A stretch of 64,000 bases of DNA from the NCBI RefSeq assembly GCF_009914755.1, contig NC_060934.1, one strand, 5' to 3'. The notes under the pieces were generated by a model, which worked only from the letters and a program-made list of their open reading frames with translations, was not told where the DNA came from and did no database searches. The position numbers and the translations under genes are program-made. Source of the stretch: the human T2T-CHM13v2.0 reference genome, Homo sapiens. Shown here one piece after another: positions 40,533 through 55,988 of the stretch; the first letter of the stretch is position 1, and every line of letters begins with the position of its first letter.

Positions 40533-42200
40533 TATGGTGGGGCTACCAGTGCTCTCCACCAAGTGTTTCAGGTTTTCTCCTTGCCCACATTTCAACACTG
40601 CACTTCTATGCTCCTTTGAAGTTTGCTGTGATCACATGATTTATTTAGAACAATAAAATAGGAACTTAAAATACTCAACAAAAAAACCCACAAATAATCC
40701 CATTAAAAAGTGGACAAAATAGACTTTACCACTACATAATATATGCATGTAAGAAACCTGCACTTATACCCCCAAATATATAAAAATTAAAAAAATAAAT
40801 TAAATAAAACATTATGCTAAGTGAAAGAAGCCAGTCGCAAAGGACCATATTGTATAATTTTTTATATGAAATGTTTGGAATAGGCAGATCTATAGAGACA
40901 AAAAATAGATTACTGATTGCCTAAGGATAAAAGGATGGGAGAATTGGCGGGGACAACAATTAAGAATTGGAAGGGAGGGTAATAAAAATGGCCTAAAATT
41001 GCCTGTGGTGATGGATACATAATTCTTAATATTTTTAAAGCCATTAAATTGTATACTTTAAAGGGGTGAATTGTATGGTATGTGAATTATATCTCAATAA
41101 AGTTATTTTTTTAAAAATGGGTAAAGGACATGAATAGACTTTTTTTCAAAAGAAGACATACAAATGGCCAATAAGCACATGAAAATAAGCTCACCATTAA
41201 TCATCAGAGAAATGCAAATTAAAACCACAGTGAAATATCATTTTATACCACTCAGAATGGCTTTTATTAAAAAGACAAAAAATAACAGATGTTGGTAAGG
41301 ATGTGGAGGAAAGGGAACTCTTATACACTGTTGGTGGGAATGTAGATTAGTACAATCTCTACTTAAAATAGTATGGAGATTTCTCAAAGAATTAAAAATA
41401 GAATTACTATTTTTATTTGATCCAGCAATCCCACTGATGGGTACGTATCTAAAGGAAAATAAATCATTATACTGAAAACATAACAGCAGCTCTATGCTTA
41501 TAGCAGCCCTATTCACAATAGCAAAGATATGGAATCAACTTGTGTCCATCATGAATGATTGGATAAAGAAAAATGTATATCATTATTTATGACACAATAG
41601 AAGACTATTTATTCATAAATAAGAATGAAATCATGTCTTTTTCAGCAGCATGGGTAGAACTGGAGGCCATTGTTCTAAGTGAAACAAGTCAGGCACAGAG
41701 ACAAATACCACGTGTTCTCATTCATAAGTGGGTATTAAATAAGACGTACACATGAACATAGCGTGTGGAATGATAGACAGTGGAGGGAGTGGAAGGGTGA
41801 GAGGGTAGGAGGGGAGTGGATGATGAGAAATTACTGAATGGGTACAATATATGTTACTTGGGTGATGGATGCACTAAAAGCCCTAACTTCACCATCATGC
41901 AATCTATGGATGCAACAAAATTCCACTTGTATCTTATGAATATAAATAAACAGATAAGTAAATAAGAAAAAAAAGAAGTCGTGAGTTCTGGGTAGAAGTC
42001 TCGAGAGTTCATCTCTGATTCTTCATGCTGTGTTGCTCTATCAGTCTGACCAACAAAGCTCTGGCTTGATGGCTGCTCCATCAGCCCCCACTGCCAATGT
42101 GCAATGGACATGCAACATGAAGAACAGCTCTTGCTGTGTTAAGCCACTGACATGTTTAATGTATTTCTTACTACAACATAAGACAGCTTCTATGTCTTAC
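40533..42200 (+). mobile_element. Old MLT1-type LTR split by an L1 (parts ~40533-40665 and ~41975-42200)
   Basis: Left part cctttgaagtttgctgtgatcacatgatt. Right part atggacatgcaacatga...tgtgttaagccactgac...ttactacaacataa. Confidence 0.6.
40667..41973 (+). mobile_element. L1MA/L1PB-age L1, 5'-truncated, with a composite insert at ~40721-41110
   Basis: aaataatcccattaaaaagtgg...aaaggacatgaatagac...aaagaagacatacaaatggcc...tgatccagcaatcccactg...gggtgatggatgcactaaaagccc, then an A-rich tail. Confidence 0.85.
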
Positions 42201-42242
42201 CTAAACTCTAAAATCAACTAAAGAAGCAATGCTGTATGGTCA

Positions 42243-42605
<363 letters not shown>

Positions 42606-44289
42606 TCAACATGAACACAGATGTGAATGTTTCCCTTTAAAATAATAGTGTGAGAGTGCTTCATTTTGTTTGCAATTTGAAGATATTGTGTCAATTCACC
42701 AAACTGCCCTTTCTAGAGACTTTAAAAATTGACTTCCTACAGGGCTCTAATCTCTGTACTGTTAAATACTGGTGTGCTGACTTGGAGTATAGGTAACACT
42801 GTGTAATCATAGAGAGTTATACTAAGGAATTCCTATCACCCTTCACCTTCCCTCCTTTATTTTTGCTCCTATTTTCTGACCACGCAAACATAAAAGGCAG
42901 TAATTAGATCACAGAAAGGAAATGTTGATTAATCACCACAGTTAAAGATTCATGACTTCTACATGAATATTAGCCACATCCAATTCCAGTGATTTAAAAG
43001 GAGAAAACTCTGTCATTGTCAATCATCAAATGTCAAATGTCTAAAATTACTTGATGTTATGAGTTTTTGAGTTTAATGGGAATCTTTCACCTTTCCTTTA
43101 ACCTCTATTTTGAGAAGAAGCAATAAAAAAAATTTAAAAATGAGGACTATATTTACATTGTGGCTTTGCCATTTTCTAGATTTTTTTTACTTTGGACAAA
43201 TTATTTAAACTCTTTGAACCTCAGTGTTCTCATCTGTGCAGATGATGCTCACTTCAGAGAAGATGACGCACATACAACACATTAAACCTAGTGCCGCCAC
43301 ATAGCAGACATGAAAATCACTGTTTCCTTTTTCTTTTCTTCAGCTCAATATTTATTTTGTTATTATTTAGATTACATTTTAGAGTAAAAAGATCAAAAAA
43401 AGTCAAACTATAATGACTATTGATTTTATATTGTTAATATATTTTATACTAATATATATTTAAAATTTCTTTTACATTTCCAGATTTCAGACTGTGCCAA
43501 TCTTTTGAGCACAAGGAAAGTAGCAAACACCACCAAAGCAAATTAAATGTAAAAGGATAAATTGTTTTCCATGCAAAAGTATAATATCAGATAAATGCAA
43601 AGTTTTTTTTCCTGTAAGACCCCTTTGTTTTATAACAATTATTCATAAGGCTGTATGCAATACTGGCAGAGTAATGAGTCCATTTCTGTGGAAATATACT
43701 CATTTCTATTCAGCATGCTGTTCCCAAAGGAATTATGAATTGCTTTCCTAGTTTGAAAATACAATTCATGAATCTCAAGGAAAACACATATAAGGAATCA
43801 ATAACTAACAGTTTACCTTTAGATATCTAGACAACTGATAAAATGGTTTGAAAAAAAACTTAAAAATGAAATAAAAATGAAAATGGAAATTACTGTTATC
43901 TGTGGCTATCACTGAAATTCCCACAGTCTCTTAGTAAGAAACCCTTCCTGGGATGGAGATAAAAGTGAAGCTTGGGAGGTTGCAGTGGGAATCTGGACAA
44001 CCATTGTGAAGCTGCTATTGACCATTCAGGTGTATAGTCTTTGTCTTCTGACCAGTCTCATGTTTTCATGGGAAATTAATGACAGGAGTAATTCAGGGGG
44101 ACCAAAAGGGGAATGCCGCTGATTCTGGAGTATTATGTGCAGCCCCAGGGTTTGCAATCTGTTGGCCTGTAGACAGGTTGCACTTCTCAGACTTGTATAC
44201 ATTTTCTCTCTAACTTCTCACTGACTCAATCACTCCTTGTCTTGCACACCATTGCTACTACACTCACTTAGACTATTTGGCTCAAGGAT

Positions 44290-45990
44290 GGGATATTTGA
44301 GTTGAAAACCCATCTTCTCCTCTCCTCTTCTGTTACAGTGGAGGAAATGTCTCTCTTCCTATGGATGCCCAGCCTCTGCCCTTGTCTTCTGGACCCCACC
44401 TCCTTTCTACCACACAAGGCAAGTACTTTGTTCCTGCAGTTATGCCCTCTTTCTCCTGCTTCATCAATCTCTCATCCTCTATTGGATATTTTCCATCAGC
44501 ATAAAGACATGTTTTCTGTCATCCCATCTCCATTAAAACAATGCCCATTTGTCCCTTGGCCCCGAATCCTGCTTCTGTCTGTGTTTCATTTGGGTGCTTA
44601 GCGGCTCCTGCTGGATACTGGGCAGCCCCTGCCAGGAAATTACACAGATGTTGGCATGAATGACACATAGGCATTAATAAGAGATGAAAGAAAGTGTATT
44701 GTTTATACAATAAACAGAAAAAGGATTCTCCACAGAGAAGGGCTCTTGCCCAGTCTGAAGTGAAGCAAGGTAAAGCAAGGTGAATGGCTTGGCTGGTATT
44801 GGTCAGATGGAGGCTGGAGTGGTGTGTGATGGGGACCTGCCTGTTGCCTGAGGTTTGTGTGCTTTGAACTTTCCCACCAGCACCACGAGAGTGAGCCCAT
44901 GGCTTTTTCTCCCCTTGCCCAGAGGCGGGTGGGGTGTGAAAGTGATTGGGGCTGAAAGCATCGAAAGTGGAGTTTGTCTCTTTGTTCCATAGCCTTTTGC
45001 TCTTCCCTTCAATATCAAACTTCTCTACAAAGCCTCCATTTTATTTTTTTACCACTACTTACTTTTTAACTCATTTCCATTTAGCATTTTCTTTCCAATA
45101 TTACACCAAATGCATTCTTGTCCAAGTCACATAGGCCTCCATGTCACCAAATCTAATATCCAGTTTTCTGTTCTCATCTTACTAGACCACCCAGCAGTCT
45201 TTGACATATCAGATGACATTATTCTTCTTGATACATTCTCTTCTGTTTTGGTGACACCACACTCTCCAGTTTTCCTCCTATTTCCCTGGTTGTTCTTCTC
45301 AGTCACCTTCACTTGATACACTTCTGTCTCTGATCTGAAAATTTGGGAGACATTTAGGACTCTGCCCTCTTTTCTCTTTTATGTCGACCCCAGTGCCACA
45401 GCAGATATTGCTGCTATCTGTGGCTTTAAAGATCTATACGTTGTGAAACTTTATGTCTCCATATAGATATTTCATATGATTTCCAGGTTTAAAATCCAGG
45501 CTAATTCAAATTTCTGTTTGGACATCTCATAGACATCTGAAGCTTAAAATTCCTCAAGGAAAGTTTGATTTCCCTTCCAAAATATGTTCCTCCTATAATC
45601 TTCTCTATTTCAGTAAATGAGATCATTAAGCTTCCACAACCAAAGCTAGAAACCTAAAATCATCATGGATTTCTTCCATTCCCTCACCTCCCACACACAG
45701 TCCATCAGCACATTTCATTTTCAACCCCAAAATATAGCTCATCTTGCTTACTCTGTCTAGGGTAAGCCATCACCTTCCCTAAGCCATCATCACTCCTTTC
45801 CAGGTCTACTATGGTGGCTTCCTAACTCCTCTCCTCATTGCCACTTATTCCCCTCCAATACAGCTCCTCAGAGTAATCCGAGTGATATTTAAGAAATAAA
45901 TCAGGTCACACCATTCTCCTGCTTAAACTTCTGTATTGGCTTATAGATGCACTCAGAGGAAATTCCAACTCCTCATCATGTCACACACAG
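44290..45990 (+). mobile_element. L2 (long fragment, interrupted at ~44560-44990)
   Basis: Pyrimidine-rich L2 motifs: ccagcagtctttgaca, gacaccacactctcc, atctcatagacatctgaagcttaa, caaagctagaaacct, aaatcaggtcacaccattctcctgcttaaa. Confidence 0.75.
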
Positions 45991-46024
45991 TGTCCTCAGT
46001 GTAGCTGACAATTGATTAGCTAAT

Positions 46025-46255
46025 TAGGCTGCACTATACACTATTCCAAATGCTTTCCAGGCATTAATGTATTTAACATTCACACCAACTTTGTGATCTA
46101 AATACTATTATTACTCTACTTTGTTGCAGAGGAAATGAACCCCGGATATGTTAAGTAACCTGCCTAAGGGGACACAACCTAAAAACAGTGGAGCCAGTAT
46201 TCAAATCAAGTCCACCTGGCTCCAGAGCTCACCTTCTAACCACTACATTTTACTG
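46025..46255 (-). mobile_element. MIR
   Basis: tactattatt...cagaggaaatgaa...gttaagtaacctgcctaagg...ggagccagtattcaaatc...ctggctccagagc. Confidence 0.8.
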
Positions 46256-48119
46256 TTTCTCATGAGCAAAGGCATGGATGAAGAAATGGGAATGATTATT
46301 CAGAGAGGCATGAAATAAATGACCATTCAACTATTCCCAAATTAACCTGGAGAAGCAAAGTCTCAGCATCACAGGCCAAGACTAAGAACTTTGGCTACTC
46401 TCCTGGTTGTGGACCTGGGTTTAGCTTGAATGGTAATTGCCTTCTTTTCTTTCAACCCAAGCACACTGTCAGCATGGCAACCATGGATTTCAGCCTGAGA
46501 GTGTCGTGCTGCTTGCAGATGGCAGGAGAGGGCAGCAATGCCAAAATGAGACAGAGTGCATTGCAATATGCTACATCATTGCCATGGGCACTTAACAGAA
46601 TTGAATTCACCTTCCTTGTCAAGGTATAAGGTATTGCCACTGTCCCCCAGCAACAATGTTTTGGCACACCTGCCAATTTCTGTCTTCTGTGACTAATCAA
46701 TTTCACAGGTCATTCTGATTGGTCCTAAAATAGCAGATCACCAAATCTATCTGCAAAACATTGATATTGAGACCTGCTGTGTGCAAGACAACCTGTGGGA
46801 CGTAGATTGAATGAGGCCCGTTTCATGCCCTTAAGGCATGAGAAAGAGACACAGGCTTTCACTAAATATGGTCAAAGTCAGTATGTTAGAATGTTATAAA
46901 AAGTGTGCAAAATGCTGTCAGAGCACAGAGGAGGAATGGATTAATTCCACAAGAATAAATGGGAAGGCTTAATGAAGTAGGTGATGGGCATTTATTAATT
47001 TAACAAATATATATTGAGTGCCTACTATATTTTGGGCTCTAAATGGGAGCCTCATCAATATTTCACTACATTAATTAAATTAATTCATATAGAAAATAAG
47101 AGATAATTCCTTGACTGCTCAAGTGCTTCCTAAGATATGAAAAATTTTGACCAGTTTAGTAATTTGTCTTCTTTACAATGCCCACCTGTCTTGGCGGGGG
47201 AGAAGAGAAATAAGAGAGGAAGATCCAATTATTTCTGCTTTGTTTTGAAGCGAGATGTCCAGGAACACGCTGTTTTCAATCATCAGGTACTAAGACTGCC
47301 AGTGTACATGTAATATTCTGGAAATCATGCTGGACCATGAAATAGTGATTGTTATAGGAAAATCATCCTGTACACCTGCAGAAAAACATTTTGAAAATAG
47401 TCTCTTTTGATTGTTCTGTTTTAAATTTTTTCTTATTAGATGGCTAACTTGCTTTTCTTCCAAGGTCCTTTCAGTACATTCCATAATTACATAGTACCTT
47501 TGTGTAGTTGAGATGAGAAATATCTGCTATGACATGCTCTTGAACTAGACGTAATAGTTATTCTGGGAAGAAGTCAGGAGACACAAAAGGAAATAACTGC
47601 AAAGACAGTAGGTTGCATGAACAAAGCAACCTGAAGCTGATGTGTGACACAGTTAGAACACCATTCAAATCAAGTTCCTGACCTTTAGTACATATCTAGT
47701 TTTTTTTATAGGCTTTTGGATTTTGCTTTGGGGGAGAGGAGATACAGGGAGGAAGTTTGAGGAAAAGAATCTTATAAATGCTGTTTTTTGAAGGTGAAGC
47801 CATGGTCGGCACTGTTGCCCCCATTCATCATTTCTAGGTCCACTATTTCATGAGAGTTCCAGATAGTGATGTTGATTCAGCTCATCTGGCTGGCAAGGAG
47901 TTCCCTCCCTCCCTCATTGGCCTCAAAGGTGTATGCTTGGGCACGTGGTTTGGTATAGTTTAGTAACTTTTCAGAAATCTAAACTCTCTAGACTTTGCAC
48001 TCCTCCTTCTGTATGTAAATATATTTAGCTCCCACCTCTCACACCTGAATATCTGTGGGATGGTCAGGAATCAAAACACAACACCACCACCAACAACAAA
48101 ATGTAATTTTGAATGCTAC

Positions 48120-48330
48120 GCATTGGTACAGAACACTTGTGATTCAGAGAGATCTGACTTTCAATCTCTATTAGTGCCTTAATGGGTAGTATGAACTTGG
48201 GAAAGTTGCTTAGTATCTCTAAGCCTCAGTTTCTTTACATGCACATCGAGAGACAAGTAAGACCTTATGGTGTTAAGAAGATCAAATGAGATAATTTATG
48301 TAGAAGAGTGCTTGGCACATGGTCAGCACT
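48120..48330 (+). mobile_element. MIR
   Basis: cttgggaaagttgcttagtatctctaagcctcagtttc...gatcaaatgagataat...gtgcttggcacatggt. Confidence 0.75.
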
Positions 48331-48441
48331 TTGCTCAGCAGAGGGTGAAATGTAGTGACTCTGAGCCCTAGGGTCACAATTAATCCTGATCATTTCTGCT
48401 GATGGTACTGATTAGCCAGCTGAGTGGGGATAGTGACATCA

Positions 48442-48854
48442 TGTAATGCCACTCAGATCCCCCTTAAAGAACTAGGCATTTATTCCTAAGAGATTGGCAG
48501 TGTTGGCCGCTGATAGCTCAAGACTGCATTCCTTTCTGGGAATTGCCCTCTACTGATGGGTGCTCCCTTCCCAGGGACAGCCCACATTCAATGACTGGTT
48601 GCTGTTGGGCGATACAAAGATCTGGCCCCTTTACTTCAATGACAGACACCCCTGAAGGGCTTCCCAGCTTTAGAGCTTCCTGAGTGATTGGCAAAGGCCA
48701 CAGTTGCAACTGTGTCCCAGTTTGGCTTCTGTCTCTGTTTGGTCTTGATTTCCTTGCTCCCTCATAGTAGTTCCTGAGAACATATCCCATTAAAACTCCT
48801 TCAGGCACATCTCAGGACCCTAGAGTCTCTTTCCTCAGGAGCCCAAGGAAGATA
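48442..48854 (+). mobile_element. LTR16C-like ERVL solo LTR
   Basis: tgtaatgccactcagatcccccttaa...gggaattgccctc...cagcccacattcaatgactggtt...ctggccccttt...cagagtctctttcc-like end with ggagcccaaggaagata. Confidence 0.7.
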
Positions 48855-50303
48855 GGGGGGATCTCTGTTCGCCCATACCACTCATGGTGCATCTTTTTTG
48901 AAGGAAGGGGAACAAAGTACCACAGGTGAAGCTTCCCAGACTCCTGAAAGTCTACGGTGCTAACAACAGTTCTCAGACCAAAAACCAGATGACTGTTTTG
49001 GTGGTGTCATCAAGAGGGTTCTTTCCTTTTCTCTCTAAAATTTCCAGGCTTCTCCAAGCTTTTCTGTATTTTTTGTTCACGTAGTCTGATTCAACCCAGA
49101 CTAATTAAATTCTTTACTTCGTCTACCCTGGTGAGCAGGGTTAAGAGTTGAAGAGAAGACAACTGCTCCTGACATGAAGTCCACACACTCCTCTCTCTCA
49201 CTGCTTTTTAAGAGGAAGTGACAGACACTTTACCAGGGCAGCATGAAGAGAACCGAATGAGGAATAGAATGTGAGTTTCAGAAAAGACTGCCTGTCAATC
49301 AGACTGTGATTTTGAAGTGACTTAGGTATTACCTAGCAAGGCCATGATAGATTTTTGAAAGTCACAGAAGCAAGCTCACATTTTGTTAGAGCTATAACTA
49401 GCTTGAAACGATGCCAGATTGCCCAAAGTTAGCTAACTTCTAGGCTGCACCCAAGACTTCTAGCTTAGGAAGATTTCCTTGTTAAGTGAGCAGGTTTAGA
49501 TCAATCGTATAAACAAGCCTTGTCCAATGCTTACTCACCACATGCAAGACACTTCTTGTCATTTGGGGTCTATAAAGGATGATCCCTGCCTCTGACAAGA
49601 TTAGGGTTTGGCTGGGATCATAAGAGATATTGCATAAAAACTTCAATCAATGACATTAAATGTTCTGAAGGCAATTCTAAAATCATGATGGTTTTCAAAT
49701 CATATGCTAGGAAGGCCACCATCACCATTTACTGCCTGTGGCACACACCTATATAAGGTGAGCAGATTTCTTGGTATGCCAGCCAGCTCAGCTGAGTATT
49801 CTTACTCCCAAAAGCAGAAAGCTAGGTTTTTTGTTTGCTTATATTCTTGAATATCCAAATATGTATCTGAGACAATTAAGGGCAGAGTGACTGTAGTGTT
49901 CTAGTCAGTGTCTGGTTTGATTTAAAAAATGTCCAGCAACTAAGAACCTCAAATGTCAGGGAAAAAAGTTTGTTTTCACATAGCAATATTTCCTTTGGTA
50001 ATCTGCCATGCAAATAGTCAGCAACTATTGGACTCTTAAATCTTCCCAAGTGTTATGTGTTACAGAAAATAGAAAAGTTATTAAATGTAGGCATATAGGG
50101 AAATGTGAATCACAAAATTGAATCAACTAGAATTAAAAGCTTCATATTTTATATGATTTATATTGAGATTAGCATCTTAAAAAATAAATTTATTAAAAGA
50201 ATAAAACAGTGAGTAAAGTCATCTTCAGGCATTAGAAGGTCTCCTTAGCTTTCAGAATATAGTCTGCCTCCAGAAGCATTCCTAATCATGCAGGAATGGA
50301 TTA

Positions 50304-50673
<370 letters not shown>

Positions 50674-51126
50674 TTATATTACAGTGTTTTAACAGCTCAT
50701 TGCTGTTCATTTGAAGCAGGATTTCTTCTTGTAAAGTAAAACTTTATCTCAAATCCCAATTTACAAAACAGGAAAAAAAATCATGCTTTGGTAAAATACA
50801 TTTTCTAAAATTTACTTCATAAAATGCATTTGAATATCCTAATTGTAGCTTCTTTGATAACCACAAACATTTAATTCAGTACCTAAATTTTTATTTATCT
50901 GTGTTAGCTTCACAATATGGAGAAAATTGACATTCAAACAGATTAGGTGAATACAACCTTTTTAAAACACCATGCAATCACAGTGTACTTTTCAAGTAGG
51001 TATGAGAAGAGATGTTATATTTAGAGGTTTCTCACAAAACCTTTTAACTGTGCAATAAGCATTAACATATTGGTTTTCTCTAATGTACTATAATTTGGGA
51101 TTGATGTGTGTATGTTGTTGCAATAG

Positions 51127-52195
<1,069 letters not shown>

Positions 52196-53129
52196 TTTTG
52201 TAATGGTTTTTAAAATTAGTTTAAAAACAAAAATATAAGATTTCAATGACATATTTATAGATTTCTGAAACACTTCTTTCAAGGATAGGCAAATCTCTGC
52301 TATAGTGCATAATAAAAATCAAAGCAGTAAGAATGTGGAGCAACAGAAACTCTCATTTATTCCTGGTGGGAATGCAAAATAGTAGTCACTTTGCAAGACA
52401 GTTTGGCAAAAAATAAAAATTAAAAAAATCAAAACACTGCTACCTACCCCAAGAGACTGAATTAAGGAACATATAAAAATATGATGGTTAGATGTAAATT
52501 AGACCTTTTGTCAATGATAGTTCTTATTTTATTTATTTAAAAAATCTGACTCTACAAGTTACTTTCAGTGTCATCTGGGACCATTTATTTAACCTTTATA
52601 AAATGTATTTTTCCCATTTGTAAATTGAAAGTAACAGATACATAATGAATTTTCATGAGAAGAGTAAATTAATATATGATATATACTCTCTCCTTTCTTC
52701 CTTTCAATTGTAGACTATTATTAATATTATTATTATTAATGGAATTATAAACTCTATTAACTATCTGTATCATCCTTCCCCTGCTCCACACAGTGAGCAA
52801 GAAAAAAATTTATTTGTAATGAAAGTCTTTACAGAAGCATCTCAAAGGGGAACACAGTATATTCTATTGTGTTTCTTACATTTTATCCTGAACATTTATA
52901 TCTAAATCATTAAAATTTAATTAAATTAATAAAAAATTTTTAAAATGAAAATTGGATCACCTTTAAGAGAAAGACATGAAACTCAAAAGGCTGTGTTTAC
53001 AGCTCCCTGCAGGTCTTCTAAGTGTAGATGGCATACAATAGTCTCTGAAAACAAACCCCTTAACCTGGGACGCCCCAGAAGTTCTTTACCCATTATATAC
53101 AAGGTAAAAGTCTGGCAGTTATATTTGAC

Positions 53130-53810
53130 TTTTCTTTTTTTCACTCTCATATCAGTCAGTTGCCAAGTCCTGGCAATGTTCCTGCTTAATCCCAGCATCT
53201 ACTACCTAGTTAGGCTTTTATTATGTCCTTCCTGGATTAAACTAATAACCTCCAATTCCATGCTTGCCACCTTCCACTAATCTGAATGAGTACCACCCTC
53301 TTTCTGAACACAAGTCGATGCCTCAGGTGTTGCCTATGGAGTGAAGTCCAAGCTTCCAGAATTTGGCCCCTGCATCTTCTCAGGCTTATTTTTCACTGTT
53401 CTTCACATCAAATTTATTCCTGTTCAACACTGAACTGCTTATAGTTCTGGTACACATCACAGGGTTTCATTTTTATGTCCTTGAATTTCTTCCTTCCTTC
53501 ATCTAGATAACCCAGCTCAGGCATAAGTTATTTCCAGAACTTCTTTTCTGAGTGCTATCCCCTCTCCCTACTCAACCTCTTTCAAAATTAATTTAGGTAC
53601 ACCTTCTCTAGGTCCTATACATCCCTATTCATTTCTTATCATCTTACCTAGGATAGGACATTGGGATACTCTCTGTTTAGGTGTCGGTATCCGTCTGTCA
53701 ACTCCTTGAAGAAAAAGCAAGTGTCTGATTGACTCAGTGTCCAGCATTCTTTTTGGTCCCTAGGGGACAGAGAAAAATGTGTGTTTCACTCGTAAGATAA
53801 ATGAAAGCAT
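53130..53810 (+). mobile_element. L2 3' region
   Basis: tcagtcagttgccaagtcctg...gtgaagtccaagcttcc...acactgaactgcttatagttc...aactccttgaag. Confidence 0.6.
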
Positions 53811-54520
53811 GGGTTGCCAATAGTCCCACTCTTTCTCAGTGTAATCAAGAGTTAGTCAATAATGTATTACATCTACCGGCACTTGAGGCTTGCTGATTGC
53901 TGATTTTTAAGCACAAACTATTCAGCTTTTCTTTTGCCCTGAGGTTTGTCTTTATAGGACCTGCACAAAAAACAAATTTGGGTAATCACACTCATCCTTT
54001 ATAGTAGTGGAAGTTTCTGTTTATTGGAACTAAACAATTATGGATGTCTGCATGTGTCCCTGTGCCCCAGTAGGTGGCCTAGTTAATGGGGAAAGCATAA
54101 AGTTTAATTGATGGGAATAGTCCATTGTATAATTTGACTTCTTCAGCCAGAATTTTATTGGCAAGCTCAGTAGGACACCCAAGGCCGACCATATCTTTAC
54201 ATTCCTGAACATATACTGAGGACTTCTTGAGACTATGGAAATGTACCAGTATAATTGTGGGAGATGAGTGCATAGGAGATTTACATGAAAGAGGGATTTA
54301 AAAGCATCCTGTTATTCTCCTACCAAACATTGGTGAATCTGGATACTGTAAGCCTCTGATTATACTATAATAGGAGTATATATGAACTGAAAAAGGTCAA
54401 AAAATGACAACTCAGATTCCTCTAGAAATGAAAAGGTTTGGAATAGGTTTGCTTTCCAAGCCAAACAAAACCCATGACTAAGAAATGCTGTCTATGGTTC
54501 AAGGAAATGGTTGAAAATAG

Positions 54521-54834
<314 letters not shown>

Positions 54835-55798
54835 ATGTATTTTCTTTTTAGTACCTATTACTATGTAATGTACTATATAATTTACTTTTTATCTTGTTTA
54901 TATCTGTTTCCTCCTCTGCAATGGAAGCTCCATGAAGGTAAGGGTTTTGTTCTGCCTCATATGCTCCAGTATCCCCAATGCTTAGAATAGTGTGGGTAAA
55001 ATGATAATTCCTCAATAAATATGTTCTGAATGAATTATTTAATAGGTTAGTAAGATACATTAAAGTGATAGCAAATACTATCGAGAATTGCATAATGGAG
55101 AACAGTTAATTCCACATTCTGTGATGGCTGTGGTAGTATCACTATTCCCTTTCAAAGTAATTAATTCATTTTACATCTGGAACTTAAGATAATTATCAAA
55201 TTTGGAAATATTTGAAATAAATTTAAGTATTTGCTGAGCAAAAATACTGAACCAGGCACTGTACCATTGTACTTTTAGATTCTTCTTATTTCAGTATCAC
55301 CCTCAGCCTGGAATTGTTCTATTATATATTATCATATCTCCATGAAGATAAGCATTTCCATTTTAAATATTGTAGGCAAGATTTGCTTAAACTATGAATT
55401 GAAAATATAATGGAAACTATTTACTAAATCTGAAATCGACTCATATTTCCTTTTTTTCTCAAGCCTCAAATAAAATAAGCAGCTATTGCACTTACATTTA
55501 CAAAAAACAAAAACACCTAGCAAATTAGTTTAACTAGCAATATCACAATATTCTCAATAGAATTGTTTAATTTATTGAAAGATTTTATTGGAGAAGGAAC
55601 TTGTCTAGTTAGGTAATTAATGTAGACCAACATCCTTTTAAGTATTAATTTCCTTAAAGTATATTTCTTTCTTTTTCTATATGATCCTTTTCTATTTTTG
55701 AAAGGCTCAAAGTACTATTGTTTCATGTTATACAGATACATGAAACCTGAGTCTGTAATAATGATTAATCAAGGGAAAAAAGATGTTACAATATATTA

Positions 55799-55988
<190 letters not shown>

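Noticed and set aside
52325-52410. Sense-strand L1 fragment next to the antisense L1MC1 as a second twin-priming event
   Set aside because: Consensus positions look adjacent, but ~130 bp of unrelated DNA intervenes and no shared TSD is visible.
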